A stretch of DNA of 64,000 nt from Ginglymostoma cirratum (lineage: Eukaryota). The translations under genes and the position numbers were made by a program. Below the pieces are notes generated by a model. It was not told the origin of the DNA. It was given only the letters and a program-made list of their open reading frames with translations, and did no database searches. The stretch spans positions 26,832,244 through 26,896,243 of the forward strand of contig JAHRHZ010000062.1 of the NCBI GenBank assembly GCA_024137785.1. The letters run 5' to 3'. Positions 39,191 to 53,024 of this stretch are shown here, in pieces (positions within the stretch are counted from its first letter, which is position 1; each line of letters begins with the position of its first letter).

Positions 39191-40679
39191 GAATCTTGAA
39201 ACCCTCTCTCTGCAACACAGCCTACTAAAAGAAGATAAAGTACTTACTTCTTACCATTGGATTCCACAAGGTTTAGCTGTCAACTAGCAAGGCTTAGGAC
39301 CCAGAAACTGAGGGCCTCTAACTGACTGGCAGCTTTCGGCAATTCCATTTACCAATATTAAGGCCTATGATAAGGCAAGAATCATCCCTCACTTGTCTCA
39401 ATGAGCTGATTGACCAGCAATTGGAAGAGTGATATCACGAGTGGGGCGGTGTGTTAATCAGCAGCCAACACACTCTTACCTACATTTGAAAAGAATATTT
39501 GAAAACTCTTCCCAGAGATATGTTGTCACCATTCCCAATACTACAATCAAAGCGTTCAATTATTTTAAAATTCTTCTGCCGTCCTTTCCTCCACTTGCCC
39601 ATTAGAACTTTGTGTGACTTGACATTAGTCATAAATTTCCTATGTTCCCGTTTAAACTAGTACTTTGAGTTATTGTTGTCGTTTAACTTGCAGAAATGTT
39701 CTGTGTTTATCTTTTCTGTATTGTCTGTTATTTCAAATCACTCTTTCTTAATTTGTCTCATCTCATGCACTCTTTTCACTCTTGGTGATTTCCCACGCTG
39801 TAGAGTTTCACGTAGGTTTTCCATCAAAGTACAGTTAACCTTACTAGCACAACAGAAAACCAAAAGGTTTTTGGCTGAGCCAAAGAAACTAGTATCTTGT
39901 GGAGATCTAGCTGTCTTTTTTTTAATGCAGCCCAACTGTTTCACATATGGTTTTTTTCCTAAGAGCAGTAAAATAACTGGAAAATAACCTCCCCTGAAAA
40001 AAAAACACAAAGCTGGGAAATATTAAGCTGAAATTGGAATCACTACAAACCCATGTGGAAAGTTATAATAAAAGACAGAAAGTAAACATATAAGTTTAAA
40101 AAATAGAATAAGTCATCATACACAATGAGCCCAAAATGATTTAGAAAACTGCTTTTTTTTTGTTTCTGTTCTCGATCTTGACACTAGAGGACAATTTTAC
40201 CTCTTATCTTCCCATAGAGGAGGTCAGTGTTTCTTCTAAAAGAAAGACTGGAAACTTGCTGTTTGGCAAGATAAAAGGAGTTACCAGAAGCTCTGCAAAC
40301 TCACAGTATGGCATTTTAGTGCGTCAGGTATTCATGCCATGATGGCTAGGACAACATATTAATGGGTTAAACATTTGACCGGATAGTTTGCCACTAAAAC
40401 TTGCATTATTTCTTGATCTAGCCGGAAGCTGAAGCTTGTACCAGATGGAAAAATTGGTGCTGCAGCATTTGTTTAGTATCTGTGCTATTGATTCTGATTC
40501 TGAAAAACATCAGTGATCTTGGCCTTACCATGTGATCAATGAGCTGGTGTCTGTAGTGATTTCTGAAGTACTTGTGATTTTCAGGAGTTATTTTGAAAAT
40601 AAAATAAAATAGTATAGTAAGTGAACAGAATCATCATATTATATCATGTACAATAGGCCACTCTAGTGGGAAGAGCAGG

Positions 40680-42500
40680 AATGTAGTAACAGGAGGGACA
40701 ATATAGTTAATGGGATAGATATTGCTCTCTGCATTGTAAATCCTGAATACTATATTACTTGCATGATGCTAGGGTTAAGAACATCTTTGCAATGTTGGAG
40801 GGGAAACCTGAGTAGGAGGGATACCAGTGACATAGTGAGGAGGAAGAAGGAGATTCTGTTCAGAGATTACGAGAAGGTAGGGACTAAAATATAAAGCAGA
40901 ACCACAAAGGTAATAATCTCTGAGCTATGAGCAAATTAGCATAGGATAAAATAAGATCAGAGATTTCAATGCCTGGCTCAAAGACTGATGTGGGAGATAT
41001 GGATTTTGATTCAAGAGACATTGACACCAATTCTGGAGAAAAAGGGGAGCTGTATTGTTAGGGTCTTATCTACTAATACTGAAGCAAAGTACTGCAAATC
41101 CTGTAAATCTGAAATAAGGAGAAAAAGAAAAAGTGGACCTGCCTAATTTTTCCAGATTTTTTTTTGGTCTTTTTCATTTGAAATGTAATGGGACCAGTGT
41201 ACTGGTGAATCATATAACTAGAGAAAACTTTAAATTAAATACTAGGAGTGGAGGCTCACATGGGGAGACTTGGAAAGTTAAAAAGGAAGATCAATGCAAT
41301 GGTGCAAGATAGCACTGCAGCTAATGATAAACAGAATGTGACAGGAATGGATGGAGCGTACAAGCATAAGTGTGCCAGCAAATAATGCCACAGTAGGAAA
41401 AAAAAAATGGTAAAAACAGACTATACTAAAAGCTCTCCTAATCTGAATGCATTCAGCATTCACATCAAAATGGATGGATTGATGAGTCCAATATGATATC
41501 TATTGTCGATTTGGTTGCAAAGTGCTCATGGCTAGAACCTCAAAATTGTAGGGTCTTCAAATACTTTTTGCAAAGACAGGAGGAAAGGAAAAAGAGGTGG
41601 TGTAGCTCTGTTAGTCAAGATTGTGATCAGTAAGGCCAGAGGTAAAGATTTGGTTCAGAGCATCAAATGTAGAATCTATTTGGTTTGAGATAGGAAAGAG
41701 CAAAGGAAATAGTTCATTGATGAGAAAAGGTTCTAGGTCCCCAGACACTAGCTATACTATAGAACAGAGTATTTATTAGCAAATGCTGACATTTATGAGA
41801 AAAGTATTGCAAAATTTGAGGAGATTCCAATCTTCATTTGGATTGGGCAAATCAAATTGGCAGGGGTAACCTGGGGGATGAGTTCAGGTATTGTTTTTAG
41901 GACAGTGGTTTAGAACAACACATAGTAAAAACAACAAAACAACTGACTATTTCAACCTGGAAATTTGGAATGAGACCGAATTAATAAGGATAAAGGATCC
42001 TCTTTGTGACAGTGATCTTAAGATGATAGAATTTCACATACAGTTAAGGGGGGGAAGGGGAAATTAAAACCAGTGTCTTAAATGTAAGTAAAGACAATGA
42101 CAAAGCTTTGAAGACAGAGTTGGCTGAAGTGGACTGGAATGGGAGGTTAAAAGTTAAGATGGTGGAAAAATAGTGGCAGAGTATGTTTCCTTTCATCCAG
42201 TAGTCCAGGACAGGAGCAAGATGCATAGGTTAAAAATAAGGAGTCCACCATTTATGATAGAATTGAGGCGAGCCTTTGTCCTTCAGGATCTCATTAGTCT
42301 GTGGAATTCTCTTCCCTCCAAGAATTGTAGAATATATTCAGACATTCAGTCACATAGATTATTGATTGACATGGAAATTTAAGGTTAAAGATGGTACACA
42401 AAATAAAATGGAGTTAAGGCCACAATATTATGAACCATGTCTTTATCAAATGGCGGAGCAAACTTGAGGGGCCGAATGGTTTATTTATGCTTCTAATTTA
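40680..42500 (+). mobile_element. Internally deleted CR1 LINE (ORF1 esterase + APE endonuclease + 3' end)
   Basis: Decayed IV.GID..ARVK.I ORF1 motif (~40700-40790); APE motifs LNA.SI (~41440), DR..KRGGVALLV (~41575-41620), GD.N (~41820), SD (~42010); then jump to LKIR..F..E.RR.F..SLWNSLP (ORF 42173-42382) and GGGCCGAATGG tail. Confidence 0.85.
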
Positions 42501-42559
42501 TATTTTCATATGTATGTATGCTCTTAGTCTGTATGCTTTTCAACTCTACGCTTAGTTTG

Positions 42560-42790
42560 TATGCCCTTCATCTTTGGCACTCTGTTCCACAGAGAACAGC
42601 CCAGGCTAGATCATTGAATTTATTCAAGGTCAAGTTGGACATATTTTTGATTGACAATAATTATAGGATACAGGCAATAAAGTGGAATTGAGGCCACAAT
42701 CAGAACAGCCGGGATCTCACTGAATGGTGGAGGAGGCTCGATGGGCCAATAGACCAAAAACTTCTATTCTTATGGTGTTATGGTCTTATT
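42560..42790 (+). mobile_element. Second CR1 3' tail
   Basis: ATTCAAGG..TTGGACATATTTTTGA..GAGGCCACAATCAGA..GAATGGTGGAG..GATGGGCCAA, paralleling the tail at 42340-42480. Confidence 0.75.
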
Positions 42791-45700
42791 AAAAAAATGT
42801 AATGCTTGTTTATTCCAGCAATTTTTAATAAATGATACATATATTTATATATGAAATATTTTGTATGAATGCACAATATGAGTGTATTCTTATGTTAGGG
42901 AGTGAAAGCTAAATGCAAAAACCCGTGTTGTGTCTAATTGCAACTGAACCCTGAATGCACACTTTGTTCACTTTCATAATGACTCGTTACCTCAACTGAA
43001 AGTTCCTGAAGGAGCATGTCCAGGATTTTATTAGGCAGGGAACCTTTACGGTCATATTTCCAACTACTAACAGAGATAAAGCTCTGAACTTGCTTGAAAC
43101 TGATCATTGTGTGCTAAGGAGCTACTGAAACTGCTGCTACAATACATGGAGCTACTCCATTAAGAGAACCATTAATGGATATGCAATCCCCAGCACAGTC
43201 TTCTTAGAAGCTGCTTTATGCTAGGAAACTAGCTAAATAAATAAGTCTCAACTACTCTTTTTCAATAGAAAATCTAAATTAATACAGCTAGAATGTTTCT
43301 TTGTCCATCATTACGTCCCACAAAGAGACAGAAAAAGGACCACAAATATTTATTTCAGACTGCCTGAAGCCCTGGCTATGCATCTCGTTAGCTGCAGCAC
43401 AATAGGGAATTACAAAAAGTACAGCAAAAGTAAAATTTGTAAATTACAGTACTATGCAGCTAGAAACTGAACATGTTATTAAAAAAAGCTAATCTTAGCA
43501 GTGAGATAATGTGAATAATCACAGCAACAGGTTAGCATTTTCTTCGGTCATTCTACAAGTTGCCTCCACCTTCCAGGTCAGTAAATGTGGTTGAATGTTA
43601 AAGGCTGTGAATAAGCCTCATTCTCTGCTAGTGCTTCATTGCTATTTTGTTTAAATTGTAATTCTGGATATTCTGTCTGTACTTCAGGTTGCTTACACAA
43701 AGATCATTCGTTTGGCTGATTTTTAATGAGGGAAATTGACCTGCAATTGTCCAGCAACTTGTAGTAGGGGTTTTACTTTAAAGTAAAATTGATTCAATCT
43801 TGAGATTCCTGACAATTGCCAAATTTATTTTAGACTTTAGGGTTTTTGCAATATTCCTCTTATCTGTCACCTTCTGTCCCCTTCTCCCACTCGTCTCGTC
43901 TTGCTTCTTTTCTCCACTCCCTTTTGTTTCTTTTCATCTTTCATTTTCTCCTTTTTGAATAATCTCTCTGTATTGAATTATGTAGGATGTCAAAAACATT
44001 GAATGACAGTGACTTCAGAAAGCCCTCTCATCTCATACCAGGTTGAAGCAATTATACAAGTAAATCTCAACCCACAAATGTCACAAATTGTAAAATGTTG
44101 ATCTTTAGCCAAAATGTTGCTAATCAAGAATGGGAGAGTTATGTTTTAAAGTAGTGCCAGAAAGTCATAAAAACATGATATAAACAACAGAACCTGATCA
44201 GGTTAAAATAAGAACTCGAAAGAAACAGATGTTTTAATGGAATTGAGTATTTTACAATTTAATGAATCCCTGTGACAGGTAATCTCATAAAAAAGTAGAC
44301 ACATTTCAAAGTCCCAAATTATCCAGTTGGTTATAGAAAGTTCTGTCTGGTAAAATAGCAAACTGTACAGAAAGAAAGCTCCTGTTTGATTCCCAGCTAA
44401 TCTCAGTCAGGGACAGCCGTTGGGTGCTACATTTGGCTTCAGTTCAAATGAAAATTGCAAAAAAGAGAGGAGTGAATTGAAGATGTAAAAAAGAGATAAA
44501 TGGGGCAAGAGGATACAAGGTGACAGGCAAGAAAATATTACTAAAAATCTCTTTCCTGGCAATTAATAAGTGATGTTTGCTGGAAAATGTAAGGATAATA
44601 GAATTATACTTGGGACCAAGGCCCAATATAATCCCTCACACAACTGACCCCTTGTGTTCAGAAATTAACATTTGGGAGATGTCTCTACTTGAGAAGGACA
44701 TCAATGAACTGAAGTTGCTCCAAGACCTGCACCTCAGCAACAGTATGTGTCTCTGAGCTTGCGGGGAGACAAATGTAACATAAATCTTGAGACTATTAGC
44801 TGCATATTTGTTAATGATTAATATTGTAGCATTTAATGATATTGCCTGGTAGCAGTTCTCTGTTCAGCCTAAGTAAAGAAGATTTGGCTTCATATAAGGG
44901 ATTGAAATATTTGGTGAAAGTACTGATTTCCCCAAAGGATTTCATAAATATTTAATATTGTTCTTTTAGGATATATTATTTATACTCATGATGAATGCAT
45001 ATTCATGAAAATCTGTAAAATAATTTTTATGTACCCTCCAAGATTGCTTTTAAGTAAAAAATGCATGTTTAGGGTCACTTGCATATTTAAATGTAATCGG
45101 CAGCTTATTTGTCCATCTACATATTATATGTTTGCATCAACCATATAGTTTGTGGCCATTTGGTCGGAAAAAAATAAACAAACCATGTAACATTATGATC
45201 GTGGCATGGAAAAGATTGCATTATCTCCAATGAATGGCCATATTCTCCTCAGTGCAGCATTGAACTGCTGGGCCAGGAAGATCCTAAGTCGATTATTTAA
45301 GCATGCATTTTGACAATGAAGGATTGCCTCTCCATGGTGGCAAAAATAAGATGAAATCACCTGTGATCACAACACATCTCTTTTTCACAGGATAGGAGGT
45401 TACCGAGTTATGCTTTGTGCTTACACGGTTTAAAGAGACAGCTAGCCATTTAAATTATCAAATGCCCCCACCCAAGTTGGATTTTGGTAACCCAGGATCG
45501 TATAACCTAAAATGTACAGAGTTAGACTTGGTAAGAGCAGTTCTGAACTTTGTACAGCTCTTTGGATAGCCATGTTCTTTTGGACGTGGTTCTGGGGCAT
45601 CTTTGGGGAGGCGATTTGGAATTATTAAATGTAGGCATGAATGTGTAGAAAAATGCATAATCTTATTAACTGTCAAACTCATTAGAACTATCAACAGACC

Positions 45701-48332
45701 TTCAAAACCAAGGGTTAAAACTGTCGAGAGGTTCCATCAAACTGACTTGTCAAAACTGTCAAGAGGGCATGTTCAAAGTATCAAGAATCACTGTCAAAAA
45801 TACCAGTGAAGGAATGTAAAAGTCTTACCCTTCAAAATATTTGGAAAATATCCAGTGATTAAAACAAACACATTTGCTGACATTAGCCTGACGATATAGA
45901 TTACTCTGTTACTGCCGCATGACTGATTTTGCAACAAGTCATTATCACAGTGGGATGCCTGCCATTGAACAGTTCCATTGATCGCCACGTGTGTTTATAG
46001 GGTTTATGAAGTGGGACTATGAATTCCAATGTGCATTGTTATAAGGCATTGTGGTTTAAAGGCACTAAGAAGTTTAATGAATATAAATGTTGTAAATTGG
46101 TTGTCAAGAATGAGAATGCTTTTTAAGAATAATGACATTTTTAGTAGACACTGAGAACTCTATTTTACCCCATCTTTGTATGGACTTTACGACTGTCCAT
46201 AGTTGATACTGGGTGAATGATCATAGTAGGTGTAAGAGCAAATGGTGGTGGGTAGGGTACATAGGTTTGCATAAGCTAGCACTAAGCTGGTAAAGGAGCT
46301 GTAAAGGACCATGGGAGTAGATGAAAGTGAAAATGTTGGCACAGAGGGTAGAAGATATTATGGAATATGGGTACAGGGTCTAGGTTTGCATGGTGTATTT
46401 GAAGGGCTATGGTGTGATTGCAGGACATGAAGTAGTATGCGTAGGACATTGGGAGTATGTAGGGTATGAGGAGTTGGGGGGATGTTTTAAGTTACCTTCA
46501 TTTACGCAATGTTTTGTATGCAGTGCCACTACCCTGCTGCCTGTCTCACCTTGTCACCTGGGATTCTCCTCCCTGCTTCCAGTTTGTCCACCATTGCTTC
46601 TCAAATATCTCACCGCCCCAGCTCAAAAATCTTTTCAACACTTGGGCTCACAGAGTGTGGAATTCTCTGACTCTGCGCACCTGGCTCATGAATGAAATCC
46701 AGCCTTGAATCCGTATTGAGTTAGCCAATTTCAATTTGGTTGTTGTAATAGCTTCCATAATATTTGCTTCTATACTCCTCAATAGGAATCAAAACATCAG
46801 CCAATGTGTATCAATGTGATACACATTCTATCCTGTTGAAAAAGCACGCGTTGAATTTTACACTTCCTTGAGGTTAGCAAGTGGAAAGCATAAAATTGGT
46901 GCAATACTATGGGTACCATTACTGGTGCCTACCGACCTGCTCCTATCATACTTTTATGAGTGGCAGGGGATTTGTCGGAAAGTCTGTCTGCATGATCCAA
47001 TTGAGGCATGTAAGTGGCCTCTTTCTAACACAATCGGCACATTTCTTTCCAGGGCAGGTACAGACCAGTGCCATATGTGAAACCTGATAGCTTTCTCCCA
47101 ACGTTCTCCTTGCTACCCCACTTTCCTCCTCCACCAGGGCTAACTACCATGATCACCCCTCCTGATCCTGGTTGGCACACCTTTGCTGGAGCTGTTTGCT
47201 AATCTGGTCCTGTTGAGACACTCCCCTCCACCTGCTCCTTGGCCTCCTTATTTTTGCACCCACTCCAACAACCAATCAGTGTTGAGTGCGTTTGCTGTCC
47301 CAGCAATGGCCATCATAACTGCTGGCACTGCGGAGGCCTAAGATTTTACTTCCACTTGCTTGGATCAAAGTTGAAATTGCAGCTAAAGCCACTTAATGAC
47401 TGTTAAGCGGCTGTGGGGCAAGTTGTGTCACTCTGACATTTGTGCCAGGGAGCTGTACATTGTGGTTGAGAGTAAAATCCTAGCCCATGAGTGCAAATAC
47501 TGAATACGCAGAAGTCACTTGTCCAAGTAGCTGTTTTGCAAGTTTAAGCCTAAACTGTTAATTGGCTGTTTGGCATTTTGAAGCAATTCGGCAAAAATGA
47601 ATTTTTCCTTCATTCAGTGTCAACAATGCACATTTTCTACCATCAGTAAGTAGGCGCCAATGGATAGTGATGAGAGGTAATAATTGTGGATAGTTTCTCT
47701 GATAGCCCATACTATAGTTGCACCCAGATCTAATTTAATAGCAAATATTTCAACTCAGTTAGATTATTAAAGCAAAAATTATTTGCTCAATCTATTAGCC
47801 ATTTTACTTCAATAACCTTAGACAGTTATGATACTATCTTTTAAAAATAAATAAATGTCATTTGATTTCTTTTGTGGAAAAAAAAGACCAAACTCTCTGT
47901 TTTGTGTAGGTGAAGAACGTGTCTCTAAGAGACTCAGAAAATGAACAGAGACTCTGCAAAGTGTTAGAAATAAAAGTCAGGTACACACCTTCGAACTATT
48001 TTACCACCCCCGCAAAAGCTGTTTAAACATACTTCCATGAAATAATAGCTGGGATTTAAGAGCGTTCTTTAGCTTTCTGCTTATCTATAATTCCACTGAC
48101 AGTGCTGAGGCTAGAGTAAAAACAGCTCACTAATAGGATCTGATTCACTCTTATGTTTGTGCACTGGCTTTTTCTTTTTTTATTTTGGTTACATCCAAGA
48201 TATATGTATCCTCCTCTCTATCATATTCTGCATTCTCATAATTTCATCCATTGTCTTCCTGAGTCTTAATGAATTGACTTCTAACCTTTACCTTCACTTT
48301 CAAACCTTTGCAAAATCTTGGACCAGCCTATT

Positions 48333-49686
48333 TAGATTCATAGAATTGTAGAGATATACAGCAAAGAAACAGACCCTACGGTCCAACTCGTCCATGTCGT
48401 CCAGATATCCTTTGTATATCTAGTTCCACTTGCCAGCATTTGACCCATATCCCTGTAAACCTTCCTATTCATTTACCCATCCACATGCCTTTTAAATGTG
48501 GTAATCATACCAGTCTTCACCACTTCCTGTGACAGCTCATTCCATACATGCACCACCCTCTGCATGAAAATGTTGCCCCTTTAGGTCCCTTTTATATCTT
48601 TCCTCTCTCACCTTAAACCTATGCCTCTAGTTTTGGACTCGCCCACTCCAGGAAGAAGACCTTGTCTGTTTACCAAATTCCATGCCCCTCATGACTTTGT
48701 GAACCTCTGTAAGGTCACCCCTTGGCCTCCAATGCTCCAGGGATAATAGCCCCAGCCTATTCAGCCTCTCTCTGTAGCTCAACCCCTGAATCCCTGGCAA
48801 CATCCTCGTATATATTTTCTGAATTCTTTCTAGTTTCACAAAATCCTTCCTACAGGAAGGAGAGCATAATTGCACACAGTATTCCAATAGTGGCCGAGCC
48901 AACGTCCTGCACAGCTGCAACATGACCTCCCAACTCCTATACTCAATACGCACTGACCAATGAAGGCAAGCATACCAAATGCCTTCTTCACTATCCTGTC
49001 TACCCGTGACTCCTCTTTCAAGGAATTATGAATCTGCGCTCCAAGTTCTCTTCGTTTAGCAACACTCTCCAGGACCTTACCATTAAGTGTATAAGTCCCA
49101 TCCTGATTTGCCTTTCTAAAATGCAGCACCCCACATTCATTTAAATTAAACTCCATCTGCCACTCCTTAGCCCACTGGCCCATCTGATCAAGTCCCGTTG
49201 TACTCTGAGGAAACCTTCTTCGCTGTCAAGAACACCTCCAATTTTGGTGCCATCTGCAAACTTACTAACCATACCTCCTATGTTCACATCCAAATCATTT
49301 CTATAAATGACAAAAGGCCATGGACCCAGCATCAATCCTTGTGGCACACTGAGGGTCATAGGCGCTTAGTCTAAAAAGCAGCCCTCCACCACCACCTTCT
49401 GTCTTCTACCTTTGAGCCTGCTTTGTATCCAAATAGCTAGTTCTCCCAGTATTCCATGTGATCTAACCTCGCTAACCAGTCTACCCTGGGGAACCTTGTT
49501 GAACAATTTATGAAATCCATATAAATCATATCCACCACTTTGCCCTCATTAACACTTTTTGTTGTATCTTCAGAAAACTCAATCAAGTTTGTGACACATG
49601 ATTTCTCATGCACAAAGCCAAGTCGACTATCCCTAATCAATCCTTGCCTTTCTAAATACATGTAAATCCTCTCCCTCAGGATTCCC
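48333..49686 (-). mobile_element. 5'-truncated CR1 LINE with reverse transcriptase remnants (best preserved copy)
   Basis: Overlapping frameshifted ORFs: GFVHEKSCVTNLIEF..VDMIYMDF (49437-49661), VPQGLMLGP..NDLD..SKFADGTKIGG (49141-49359), WQMEFN..C.VLHF (48836-49183), LARPLLEYCVQ..PRGDLTEV (48627-48953). Confidence 0.97.
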
Positions 49687-50329
49687 TTTTAGTACACTTT
49701 TCCAGCCATCAGTCCTGTCCTCCTTATCCAGTGTAACTGCTCATTGTTTATAAATGGCATGAAGGGGTGATAATCTAAGGCATTTTTCTCCTTCCTACTA
49801 ATCTCTTAACATCTCCTTGGTTCTTCATTTCCTTTCCTACCTTTGAATGTCTTTTAAAGATCTCCTCACTTTGCCTTAAGACTGAATTTTTTTTTACCCT
49901 TTTTGTTTTTCATCATAACTAAGTTCCAGAGAGTGGCTGCCATCTATTTAGTTGAGTTGAAGTAGACACAGTGTGTAAACATATTATTTCAGTCTGTAAA
50001 GACAGGGCCCTGTGAATAATATTGTAGTTTCAGGTATGTGCAAGTGTGCCACTGTGCGAATTCAACTGACAATATTAAATTTGTTGTCAGTGTAATATTT
50101 AGAATTCTCAGGAGTAGTTTGCAAATGTTGGCCATGTACTCCAAGATATATAATCTCAGACTGGTTTGTACAGTCAGTACCTTGCCGGTTGTGAGCGGCT
50201 GAAGGGACATGCTGTTTGTTTCAATTTGCAGATCCTTGGGACATATGACCCTCATACCTATCATCATGCTCATGTTGTACAGAACTGTGTGTAGATAAGT
50301 TAGGGTGTAATGAGACATCACTTATGGGT

Positions 50330-51870
50330 AGTCAGTTTGAGAGGGAAGGGTTTTAGAATTGCATTCGGAAAATTCTCTTCATCAATATGTTTCTGACCCA
50401 ACGAGAAAAGTACTATTGGTAGCTCTGGTTCCAATAAATGAGGTGGCTCAAATGGATCAAGTTATTGCAGGGAACATTTAGACAACAATGATCTCAGCGT
50501 GTTAGGATTTAGGTTGGTTATGTAAAGAACACAGAATAATCTATCTTAAAAATACACAAATTGGATGAAATGACTATCACTAGGGTGAGAATGGATTAGT
50601 CTGAAGTAAATTGAAAACAAATGTTTGAAGGTAAAACTGTAAAAGAATAAAATGTTTTAGGTACCATTGAGGTACATCCCTTGAGGAAAAGTAAAAGAGT
50701 TAAAACCGGAACTCCATGGATGACCAAAAATATAGAGAGTAAGATGAAGCAAGAAAATGGAGTGTGTGGCAGTTATCAGATTGATAATACATGTGAGAAG
50801 AAAACTAAATGTGAAAAGTTCATAGGGAAAGGATATGAGAGTGTATGAGAATATATTGGTAGCTAACATGAAAGGGAATACAGAATTTTGTAAATGCATA
50901 TGAAAAGCAATATTGGTCAGGAAATAAATTGTAATAGTAATGAATAGTAAAAAAAAGTAGTGAGGTGGAGAAAATCTTGCCAATGTCACAGTGAAAAGCA
51001 AGATACGAGGTGGGTAAAAATTGATAAGGATGTGGTATTTGTTGCACAAAGAAACTTGATAATGGTGAGGTTTGGTAAACAGAAACAGACGTTGCTAGAA
51101 AAACTCAGGAGGTCTGGCAGCATCTGTGGGAAGAAAGCAACGTTAACATTTTGAGTCCTGTGACTCTTCTTCAGGGTTTGCTAAGTTTCTCCTGCAATTT
51201 GTGTTTTTGTTTCAGATCTTCAACAGCAATATCAGCAATTCTTTGTTTCATTTTGGACAATTAGAAAAGTTGCTTGTTCTTGAAATTCATATGCCACCAC
51301 TAACGTTTGAGTTGGGGAGGGGTGGTTTGAGGGGGGTTGGAGGGGAGGCAGGGGAAGGGATCCTGAGGATGCAGAGACAAGTAAGAGTAATAACTGTAGA
51401 AGTACTGATCAATCCTCCCTACTTAGGGGGGAAGACACCAGAAAACTGGAGAAATGCAAATGTTACGCTGTTGTTCAAAAGAAGGTGTAAAGCTAAATCC
51501 AGCAAATATGAGCAGTCAGTTGAGATTGAGTGGTGAAAAACTATTATAAATGATAATGCAAAATAAGATAAACACAGTTGTTTTGAAAAGTGTGAATGAA
51601 TTAAATATTTATTTTAAGGGGTTAGCAAATTAACTAATGGTGATGCAGTGAAAAACTTTAACCCAGCAAGTCATTAGCATCTGGAATGCATTGCTTGTAA
51701 GAATGCAGGCAGATTCACTCGTGACTTTTAAAAAAAAGAATTGAACCATTGTCTTAAGAGTAGAAATTTGCAGGGCTATGGGGAAAAGGGAGGGAAATTA
51801 ATCTAGTTGACTTGCTCTTGTAGAGAGTCAGCACAGACACGCAAACTGAGTGGCCATGTTCTAACTATTA
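50330..51870 (+). mobile_element. Highly decayed CR1 ORF2 fragments
   Basis: PWMTK.I motif (~50715), PENWRNANVTLLFK in ORF 51201-51536, WNAL motif (~51682) and CR1-type tail near 51850. Confidence 0.8.
51077..51250. mobile_element. Penelope-like fold-back insert nested in CR1
   Basis: GAAAAACTCAGGAGGTCTGGCAGCATCTGTGG..GTTAACATTTTGAGTCCTGTGACTCTTCTTCAG (minus-strand core with GAAA lost), then inverted arm. Confidence 0.8.
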
Positions 51871-52579
51871 CCTTATGATGTTAAGCTGGTTGAATATCCA
51901 ACGATTAGATCGTTTACATTAAAACATACACTGCCCAATTAATATTTTTTTCACTCGTACCATTTTGATATTTTTAATGCTTTAGATGTAATTGTTTTTA
52001 ACCTGCCAAGACCCAAATGACTAAAATGTAATGGGAAACAACAGAGGCCAAACTAAATACATCTTGAGCATAAAATGGCTAATTGTAGAATAATTGGGTT
52101 GGTGTGTTCAAAATGGCAGTATAGAAGGTTCTAATGGAATTGAATGAAAAGAAGTAGTTTTATAGTAAATTGTTGCATTCCATGTGTGTGCAAATGCAAT
52201 GTGGCATCTGTTGACTATCTAAGTTGTGAACGTGTTGAGAACAGCCAAGGGATTTGCCCTGATGCTCTGCATTCAACTACTCAAGTACGCCTGTATATGT
52301 CCATGAAGACATCACTTACCAATGGAGCGGGTGTTTGTCTGGCTATGCAATATGAATTGCACACACTATAGAAAGGGATAAGTCATGACAGCAGCCGGGG
52401 AAGCCAGCCAGTAAAAGTAAAATAACATTCAAGACACTTCCTCTGTCTGAACTTTTTCATTAATTGACTGGATAACTGACTATTTTGGTCTGAGCTGAAG
52501 TTGAACATTTATGATAGCAAAAGACCACCTGTGAAAGATCACTCATATGCTGGCCAATATTAATAAGGACTTGTGTGAA

Positions 52580-52720
52580 GAATGGATGGCTCAGAAACTT
52601 ATAACACTGCAGCACCAGGCTTCAAATCCAACTCAGAGTTGATTAGGAGATGAGGTTGGACACCAGCACAAAATTTGTCACCAAACTTAGCAACCTCATT
52701 CAAAAATGCTATCAGATATT
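52580..52720 (+). mobile_element. Possible LF-SINE-like remnant
   Basis: GGATGGCTCAG head, TTCAAATCCA B-box-like motif and CACAAAA..CACCA segment resemble my recollection of LF-SINE; very diverged. Confidence 0.3.
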
Positions 52721-53024
52721 AAGTCTGTAAAGCAATTTTCTCAGTTGTGCTTCTGAACGAGCCAAGGAACATTGTCAAGAGAGAGTTTAAAAAGAAGGGG
52801 CTGTTTTCAATGCAGTTTTGGAGAGAGTTTTGTAGATAATGGATGCAGAAAGTTTAGATTCAGGATTTCTATCAGTTTAGGTAAAGATTCTTAGAACTCT
52901 GTAGTTTCAAAGTTAAGATGGTAGAATACATTATAGAGAGCTTTAAGACTCTTAACGTAATCGGTTATGGTATTGCAGCATGCATCTGTTAAAAAGTCAC
53001 AAACAATACCTAGTTTGGATAATA

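Noticed and set aside
39472-39505. Minus-strand TAG|GTAAG, a second recursive-site-like motif
   Set aside because: Interrupted pyrimidine tract, probably inside old repeat sequence, and no evidence of a minus-strand transcript here.
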